Shown piece by piece: positions 1 to 5,723 of a stretch of DNA of 5,723 nucleotides. The DNA is taken from positions 1 to 5,723 of the forward strand of contig NW_021829963.1 in the NCBI RefSeq assembly GCF_006345805.1, in the 5' to 3' direction. The position numbers were made by a program, and so were the translations under genes. A model generated the notes under the pieces. It saw nothing but the letters and a program-made list of their open reading frames with translations. It was not told the origin of the DNA and did not search any database. Position 1 is the stretch's first letter, and every line of letters begins with the position of its first letter. The stretch comes from Octopus sinensis. Lineage: Eukaryota.

Positions 1-26
1 AAGAAGAAGAAGAAGAAGAAGAAGAG

Positions 27-58
<32 letters not shown>

Positions 59-120
59 GAAGATACGATTAAGAATGACGAGAAGGGGAAATTGTGGAGG
101 AGGAGGAGAAGAAGAAGGAA
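1..120. repeat. (GAA)n microsatellite running into a purine-rich GAG/GAA low-complexity tract; cut by the window edge
   Basis: Near-pure GAA repeats over 1-57 with one interruption, then degenerate GAG/GAA triplets to about 120. Confidence 0.95.
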
Positions 121-466
121 CATTATAAAGAAAAATAGCAAAGACTACTAACGAGACTTGGGAAGCGACTACGAAGAATACGGAGAATAAGAATCAATGC
201 GTGAATAACAGAATAAAGTATTTCATCGCGATAAGGGTCTAGCAATTCCATGAGCATATTGCAGAATTAAGATATGGTTTAAAACCACATCTGATCCTTC
301 CGGGCAACCATTATATTCACTCATCCTTTTACTGTGGTGTCATTAATTTTCAGCCTAATTTCCCACAAAGCATTTTGTTGTTTTAATTTTTTTTCTCCTT
401 ATTGTTCAGAAGTGGTGTCCTCTTTCTTCACATCTTAATCTCTTTCAAGTTCAGTTTTAAAAACAA

Positions 467-523
467 AAATAAATAAATAACATAAAATAAAATGAATGGA
501 AATAAATAAATAAATAAATAAAT
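467..523. repeat. (AAAT)n microsatellite, interrupted
   Basis: Six perfect AAAT units at 500-523, plus AAAT-type units at 467-490. Confidence 0.9.
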
Positions 524-629
524 ATTAAAAACTGAAATCGGAAGCCTTCATTGAACCTGAATTCTTTTTTTTACGTATTTTATTTTAAACATTTGTCTTT
601 TGTTATATTTGTAAAATGAAGCATGACCG

Positions 630-850
630 GTTTCACATGGTCAGTTTTCTTGTAATGAGCTGTTTATTCGAATGTCAAAGGGTCACTCTTAATATCTCAA
701 CCAAAGACTTGCTGCTGATAATTTTGTGGGAAACTCACAGTTCTATATGTATGTGTACGCTTTCGTTAGTAAAAAGTGCATGTGTGTGTTTGTGTGTCTA
801 TCTGTATGCTTGTGTGTGCCTTTGTATCTTTCCCTGTGCGTACGTGTGCG
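630..850 (+). mobile_element. Highly decayed 5'/middle part of an octopus-type SINE-like repeat with an internal (TG)-rich tract
   Basis: CACATGGT (635-642), then ACCAAAGACTTG...GGAAACT (about 700-736), then a TATATGTATG/TGTGTGTGTTTGTGTGTCT tract. This order matches a recalled octopus repeat (ccacatggttcc...gaccaaagccttgtgagtggatttggtagacggaaactg...tgtgtgtttgtgtgtct). Recall only; boundaries approximate. Confidence 0.4.
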
Positions 851-1435
851 TATTGCTTCTACTTTATAATTTGTTTTTGTTTAATAATATTGATCAAATT
901 GAAAGCTATCTTAGAATCTAAATTCGAATATCAACGAAATGATAAGGCATCTGGCAATTTTATTGCGTCATTACTGAACACCTCAAAAATTCCTTGATTG
1001 TGATATTCCTTTCCGGTCTTTATTCTACGTTTATTTATTTTTTTCTTCTTTTCTTTATACAGATATAAAAAATAAAGAAATAAAATAACACATACACTGA
1101 CGTATACAAGTAAACTTGACTCTCGGAAAAAACAGCACATTGTACATCGGCTAGCCCGTTTGCCCCCTCCCCCCATGTGTTCGTATCAACTGCCGGAAAT
1201 AGCAGCGAAAGGAACGTTCGAATCATGTTCTGCCAGTCGTAGAACTGAACTAAAATTTAATAACAAATGATGTATTTGATATTTTAAATTACAATAAGGA
1301 AATGGCGTTGGTCATTGATTTTCTTAGCTTAAGGTTGGACAATGCGTATATTTTTTCATATACGGAGGTAAACAGCGTGTAATCATTAGAGTAATTAGAA
1401 ATAAATACACACTTTTTCAAATATCCCACAACAAT

Positions 1436-1483
1436 GAGAGAGAACACATTAAAATAGAGAGAGAGAACATATTAAAAAAATAG
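1436..1483. repeat. Imperfect tandem duplication (22 and 26 bp) abutting the SINE tail
   Basis: GAGAGAGAACACATTAAAATAG (1436-1457) is followed by AGAGAGAGAACATATTAAAAAAATAG (1458-1483). Confidence 0.8.
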
Positions 1484-1715
1484 TTATTTCTTTATTGCCC
1501 ACAAGGGGCTAAACATAGAGGAGACAAACAAAGACAGACAAAGTGATTAAGTAGATTACATCGACTCCAGTGCGTAACAGGTACTTTATTTATCGACCCC
1601 GAAAGGATGAAAGGCAAAGTCGACCTCGGCGGAATTTGATCTCAGAACGTAACGGCAGACGAAATACGGCTACGCTTTTCGCCCGGCATGCTAACGATTC
1701 TGCCAGCTCGCCGCT
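1484..1715 (-). mobile_element. Near full-length tRNA-derived SINE (abundant octopus type)
   Basis: On the minus strand: GCGGCGAGCTGGCAGAATCGTTAGC head with an A-box-like TGGCAGAATCG (1705-1695) and a B-box-like GATCAAATTCC (1641-1631). Then the central domain GAGGTCGACTTTGCCTTTCATCCTTTCGGGGTCGATAAA, and an A-rich end AATAAAGAAATAA. Related copies occur elsewhere in this window. Confidence 0.9.
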
Positions 1716-1789
1716 TAAAATATAATCTCAGAAAAATCATTCTGAAAATCATAAAAATAACAATGTCATAGATGCAATACACTTGATTA

Positions 1790-1984
1790 CAGGGTGGGCA
1801 GTTTTTCAGGGAAAGGGGAATTGAATACATCGATTCCAGTATTTGACTGTTAAGCATTCCATTGACCGCGAGCAGTTATGAAAAATAAAGTGGTTCTCGG
1901 TGGTATTTGATGTCAGAACAAAATGACACGAATTGCCGCTAACCATTTTCGGCGGCGTGTGAACGATTCTATCAGCTCACCGTC
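1790..1984 (-). mobile_element. Older, diverged copy of the same SINE superfamily with a different tail
   Basis: Colinear with 1550-1715 on the + strand: TACATCGATTCCAGT / TACATCGACTCCAGT, CTCGGTGGTATTTGATGTCAGAAC / CTCGGCGGAATTTGATCTCAGAAC, AACGATTCTATCAGCTCACCG / AACGATTCTGCCAGCTCGCCG. Confidence 0.85.
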
Positions 1985-2077
1985 TTTATACTATTGTTAT
2001 ATTTTGGGTGCGAAATAAACACATGTACTATATATTCGTTCTTCACGTGACTATTACTGTTCTTGTCTTATGTCTTT

Positions 2078-2120
2078 GTCTGGAAATCTTTCATCACACA
2101 GTTGTGACCTCTTCAGCGAC
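2078..2120 (-). ncRNA. Minimal type I hammerhead ribozyme-like motif, probably partly decayed
   Basis: Minus strand reads GUCG-CUGAAGA-G-GUCACA-ACUG-UGUGAU-GAAA-GAUU-UC-CAGAC. It has both core boxes (CUGANGA, GAAA), a 6-bp stem II with a tetraloop, a minimal stem III (one A-U pair around GAUU), a UC cleavage site and a bulged stem I (GUCG/CAGAC). The C that should pair with the first G of stem II is missing. Confidence 0.6.
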
Positions 2121-2280
2121 TTTCCATTCCAGGTGTCTTCTCCTGTTCCCGTTAGCACATTCTGAATGAAAGTAAATCTATTCCGATATGTTTAAATTGA
2201 CTACACGTTTGCCCATTGTTTGTTGTAGCCTGCCCTCACAATTAAAAGATTCTCTATCTTACATGACTCTACTTTAAATG
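2078..2280 (-). mobile_element. Probable decayed 3' end of a Penelope-like retroelement (GIY-YIG C-terminus plus hammerhead)
   Basis: With indels, minus-strand 2263-2237 reads like R/C-K-I-R-E-S-L-I and 2198-2173 like N-L-N-x-G-I-D-L. This resembles the RxIxExxxI...NxDxGxxL end of PLE GIY-YIG domains. The hammerhead motif follows about 50 nt later in the same orientation. Needs frameshifts; aligned by eye. Confidence 0.45.
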
Positions 2281-2595
2281 ACACCGAGGTAACAGCTTAA
2301 TAAACCCACTTTTCTGTATTTATATAAGAGACAGTTATACATTTTTTATTGATATATTATAGGACTTTTTACAGGTTTGTGGGCAACAAATACTTAGTGG
2401 TTTTAAGTAAATTCCTTCCCCGCCTTCATAATTGCCTTCTAGTTTTGACTTTAACAGTAAAGCGAATTATATAACAAGTCCTTCTTACGGCTGTTTAATA
2501 TAACTTCCCTGAGAACGGTTTACAAGAAACCTCATGGGGTGTAGTTTAATATTTGCAGCTACCAACTGACTGTCCATACATAGATTACAATTTAG

Positions 2596-2970
2596 TTGAA
2601 AGGAGATAAATTTTACGTAAACATTATTATATCTAATAGAAATAATTCATTTCAATATATTACAATTTCTCATATCATTGGATGCAAAAACCATTATATC
2701 GTAACGCAGGCTAAATCCCTGTTATATGTACAAGGAATGATATTCCAATTCGAATTTGATATGAGATTTAGGGTGCTTCATATAAAATATAGCAGCAAGT
2801 TTAATTAAAGTTTGCAATAGTCCTTGGCATTTTGCGTCAGCTTGCTAACAAGCACATTGCGCTCGCCTTGGTGTAATTAAAGGAAACCTGTCTATATACA
2901 ACAGTGAATGAGTTATAGCTTAGAAGAAGCCAGTTATATTGATAATCTCGTTATCCTCAGAATTAAACCT
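2596..2970 (+). mobile_element. Possible decayed GIY-YIG endonuclease region of a second Penelope-like element
   Basis: Motif fragments appear in the expected order across frames: GDKFYVN, GCKNHYI (2680-2700; cf. CxGCxxxYIGQT), QQV, RQLANKHIA (2835-2861), EEASYI and ELN (2960-2968; cf. ExxFI...PxLN). Several key residues are lost. Confidence 0.4.
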
Positions 2971-3265
2971 TGTTAATGCACGGAAGGCACAAGATTCAGA
3001 GTGGATGTCAGCTCATTCAAACGTTACGTGCAACACTTTAATGAATTACTGGATATTCCGCTAGGAACTGACAATAAGCCTTTTTATATTTACCGTATGA
3101 AAGTCTGCAATATGTATATAGTGTTCCTATCCACAAAATCTTCACTTTCTATCCTCTGAAGATGTAATATTAGTGCACGGTTGAAGTAATAAAATGTCAC
3201 ATAACCATGTCAATTTGATTATATAATATTCGGCAACGAAAGATTGCTACATGTGTGATTCAACT

Positions 3266-3289
3266 TATATATATATATTTATATATATA
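3266..3289. repeat. (TA)n microsatellite at the 3' end of the RTE fragment
   Basis: TATATATATATATTTATATATATA read directly. Confidence 0.9.
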
Positions 3290-3290
3290 C

Positions 3291-3630
3291 CTTGTTGGGG
3301 GTCAGGGACCATGGGTTCATGATGCATCATCTCTCTCCTTCTCTTCCTACATTTTGATATGTTTGTGCATTCAGCCAAAGTTCTTCTCCTATCGTTTTAT
3401 ATCCAGCTAACGCTGTCTCGGCTTCGTATATCTCGTTTCCCATTTACGCTTCACCCTTGGATGTGACTGCCGAAGTTCTAGGCCTTAATCCCCGTACCCA
3501 AAATACTGCAGTTTTATTTTCATCACAATCACCAAACGTTCACTTTTTATTCCTGTCTCAACAGTTACAGATTCACTTCTTCCATATAAGCCTAGTTCAT
3601 CCTTGCTGTTTTCCGATCCCTCTCCAACAA
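3291..3630 (-). mobile_element. 5'-truncated, decayed RTE-clade non-LTR retrotransposon (C-terminus of the RT ORF and 3' UTR)
   Basis: Minus-strand translation across frameshifts gives, in order: CWR (3629-3621), IVMKIKLQYFGY (3529-3494; cf. IVKKRKLxYFGH), VNGKR (3447-3433), PRQR*LD (3421-3401; cf. GKRxRGRPRxRWxD) and TLAECT...R (3381-3364; cf. LAECxxxAxDRxxWR). These are characteristic post-RT motifs of RTE elements. Confidence 0.85.
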
Positions 3631-3669
3631 ATGCAAACACATACGCAAGTATATAAGTACGTATGTAGT

Positions 3670-3729
3670 TATGTATGTATGTATGTATGTATGTATGTAT
3701 GTATGTATGTATGTATGTATGTATGTATG
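3670..3729. repeat. (TATG)15 microsatellite
   Basis: Fifteen perfect TATG units, with degenerate TG/TA-rich flanks from about 3640 to 3780. Confidence 0.97.
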
Positions 3730-4518
3730 AGTGTGTATATATTATGCATGTGTGCATGTGTGTATACGTGGGTGGGTATATTGTCTGTTTCTTTTAAAAA
3801 TTAGATACGTGTTTCGGTTATACTTTTAGCGAAAAATATATTTTAACATGGATGAATTGCAACAGTTTGAACATTCGTTTTCAGAACATTTAGCAGTTGA
3901 ATTGATTTTCGAATAGTTGGATAATAATGAACCAGATTTTCAAATAAAGCAGATAATTTCCAAATAAAATTATAATTTCCCTAAAACGTACCGATATTAA
4001 TGGAATGTTTCAGTAAGTTTCATTAATTTTATCAACGAAATATGGACCTTTAATGGTTAACTTAATGTATAACAGAAGGGCTTTTGACAAGTGAATAATA
4101 TTTGAATACCGTTATAAATATACCCACGCAGGGTTTAGTAACTTCATGAAAGCAAAGAAGATATAATGTTAAATGAAAGACAATGATTTTTTTTTTAGTT
4201 AATGCTGTGGATTCATTGATTTTAAATCCAAAAGTAAAAACAGTAAATAATAACTGAATTAAATATGAGTGGATAAAGGAAAATGCAATTTAATATTGCC
4301 TGTGTACAATATCTTTCACGTATTAAGATCAAATGGTAAATGATTCTAAATATGCATCTAGCTACTCCTCGAAATATTTAATCGAAAACTTTAGGTTACT
4401 TGTTTATATACAGACCTTTCAATATATATAATTTAGTAAAGGTAATATGAAATCGAACATAAAAGACAAATCTATTGACGCAAGACACCTAGAGTGTTTT
4501 TGATGACCGATCAGTTTC

Positions 4519-5058
4519 TTAACCAAAAGAAGCTACCTTGCTGGAAAGAAGCACAGTAGCATTAACCCCAAAGGGGTGAGACGTTACCTCAGGTGTGTTA
4601 GGGTCGTCAGAAGGTAGTGTTGCATCAAAGAGGTAGGGATTCTTTCTACTTAACATGAATATACATAGACAAGTTAGACTGGCGACATTCTTCACATTGA
4701 TTTTCCTCCTGGTTTTCCTCACCAGAATGTCACGATCGAAGAAAAACAGGAATATTTTAAAGGCACAGGATATTATCCAATTTCGGAATTGTAAAACTTT
4801 GCTTTTGCAGGCAACAAGGTGTAAACCAAAATAATTATCATTGTTAATGAAGGTTACTGTTACCAACTTATAGGTCGGCAATACCTTGACAACCACTTCT
4901 AGATGAGTCGTAGTTTTAATAATCTTTGAAATGTTTGGCAAAAACCAGCAGGTTTTATAGGGAGGAATAAGATTCGTATTCATTTTATTGAACATTAAAG
5001 TATGAAAAGCAAAGTCACTCGCGCAGCATTTGAACTCAGAATGTAAAGTGCGAAGCAA
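4519..5058 (-). other. 179-codon open reading frame of unknown status; both ends appear SINE-derived
   Basis: Longest ORF in the track and not microsatellite-driven. No recognisable domain. N-terminal [14 protein letters not shown] and C-terminal EVTSHPFGVN both resemble the translated SINE central domain (EVDFAFHPFGVDK). Confidence 0.2.
4561..4615 (-). mobile_element. Short, very decayed SINE central-domain fragment
   Basis: ATTAACCCCAAAGGGGTGAGACGTTACCTCAGG...TCAGAAGGTA resembles ATCGACCCCGAAAGGATGAAAGGCAAAGTCGACCTCGG...TCAGAACGTA of the 1484-1715 copy. Confidence 0.45.
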
Positions 5059-5095
5059 TGCTGCAAATCATTTTGATCAACGTATTCGCGATTCC
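4945..5095 (-). mobile_element. Decayed SINE copy (same superfamily)
   Basis: ATGAAAAGCAAAGTCACTCGCGCAGCATTTGAACTCAGAATGTAA matches ATGAAAGGCAAAGTCGACCTCGGCGGAATTTGATCTCAGAACGTAA (about 1607-1652). Outer boundaries approximate. Confidence 0.75.
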
Positions 5096-5134
5096 CTCTC
5101 TCGCTCTCTCTCCACACAAATGCATACACAGATT

Positions 5135-5153
5135 TATATATACATATATATAT

Positions 5154-5189
<36 letters not shown>

Positions 5190-5235
5190 CATATATACAT
5201 GCATACATACATACATACATACATACATACATACA

Positions 5236-5265
<30 letters not shown>
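5135..5265. repeat. Compound microsatellite: interrupted (TA)n followed by (CATA)16
   Basis: TA tract at 5135-5200, then sixteen perfect CATA units at 5202-5265. Confidence 0.97.
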
Positions 5266-5266
<1 letters not shown>

Positions 5267-5275
5267 GTGTGTGTA

Positions 5276-5338
5276 TAAGGCGGTGCTCCAGCATGGCGAC
5301 AGTCAAATGACTGAAACAAACAAAAGAATAAAAGAATA
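5276..5338 (+). mobile_element. Isolated 3' tail of a second octopus-type SINE-like family
   Basis: AAGGCGGTGCTCCAGCATGGCGACAGTCAAATGACTGAAACAAACAAAAGAATAAAAGAATA matches a recalled octopus repeat 3' end. It contains a CAGTCA-AA-TGACTG inverted repeat and ends in two AAAAGAATA-like units. Confidence 0.75.
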
Positions 5339-5565
5339 TTTATTTCTAAATCTCTTCCTAAATCTCCTCCATTGATAAAAGTAAAGAAAATAGAAAGTAT
5401 TGATAAAGTTAATTCTAATATTGAATTTAAATGATGCCAAGGCATTAATTTCCTTGTCTCTAGCTCTTCACTTTTTTCTACTGCTGAGACAGGAGAGAAA
5501 GAAAGAAGAAAATGGGATCAATCTTATATATTCGAAAATGTTTTAAATATTCTGTATTATATGCA

Positions 5566-5664
5566 GAAGGCCCGGAGTTTTAGGGGAAAGGTTTAGTCGA
5601 TTACATCGACCACAATCCTTATTTTATCGACCCGATCAGATGAAACGGAAAATCAACCTCGGTG
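5566..5664 (-). mobile_element. Headless SINE fragment (central domain plus tail)
   Basis: AGTCGATTACATCGACC...ATTTTATCGACCCGATCAGATGAAACGGAAAATCAACCTCGGTG is colinear with 1550-1631. Similarity stops before the B-box. Confidence 0.85.
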
Positions 5665-5723
5665 ACACGTAAAAATTAATATTAAATATCAAATATTGAA
5701 AAAGAAATTGCGTGGAATTATCG

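Noticed and set aside
616-1226. ORFs 616-921, 776-997, 931-1176 and 1035-1226
   Set aside because: Their C/V/Y- or K/F-rich translations come from TG-rich and A/T-rich low-complexity tracts. No domain or coding signal is visible.
1150-1235. Possible tRNA gene from B-box-like GTTCGTATC (1179-1187) and GTTCGAATC (1216-1224)
   Set aside because: I could not build a cloverleaf: no acceptor stem, no T-stem around the motif, and no convincing A-box. It may be an old repeat fragment.
1642-1857. 71-aa minus-strand ORF
   Set aside because: It runs from the tail of one SINE into the head of another, so it is incidental.
2940-2960. CTGAGGA on the minus strand as a hammerhead core box
   Set aside because: No GAAA box or stem I/III follows.
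3457-3804. ORFs 3457-3804 (+) and 3485-3757 (-) as genes
   Set aside because: They are kept open by the stop-free TATG array. The only meaningful part (KLQYFG) belongs to the decayed RTE element.
4570-4615. CTGACGA on the minus strand as a hammerhead core box
   Set aside because: The second box reads GTAAC rather than GAAAC and stem I does not form. The segment is better explained as a SINE remnant.
4650-4730. Minus-strand frame reading HSGEENQEENQCEECRQSNLSMYIHVK, reminiscent of a C2H2 zinc-finger linker
   Set aside because: Spacing is wrong, the second His pair is absent, stops flank it, and there is no tandem finger array.
4678-4794. Protein-like + frame TGDILHIDFPPGFPHQNVTIEEKQEYFKGTGYYPISEL as an exon
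   Set aside because: The upstream AG lacks a polypyrimidine tract, stops bound the frame, and I recognise no homologue. It cannot be supported without RNA data.
4995-5445. Four overlapping ORFs with YIHT/MYVC repeats
   Set aside because: They are translations of the TA/CATA microsatellite.
1-5723. CRISPR array, operon or other prokaryotic-type system
   Set aside because: There is no repeat-spacer periodicity and no gene-dense organisation. The content is typical of animal repeat-rich DNA.

Overview
AT-rich, repeat-dense eukaryotic non-coding DNA (intergenic or intronic). Its SINE types and microsatellites match repeats I recall from octopus genomes; the organism call is an inference and was not checked by a search. 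No protein-coding gene is confidently supported. The window holds one near-intact tRNA-derived SINE (1484-1715, -) and four decayed relatives on the same strand, fragments of a second SINE-like family, and a 5'-truncated RTE-clade LINE 3' end (3291-3630, -). It also has several microsatellites and two probable decayed Penelope-like (GIY-YIG) remnants. The best finding is a minimal type I hammerhead ribozyme-like motif at 2078-2120 (-), just downstream of one GIY-YIG-like remnant. An unexplained 179-codon open frame (4519-5058, -) overlaps an antisense signal-peptide-like small ORF. I see no convincing evidence of a wholly new biological system.
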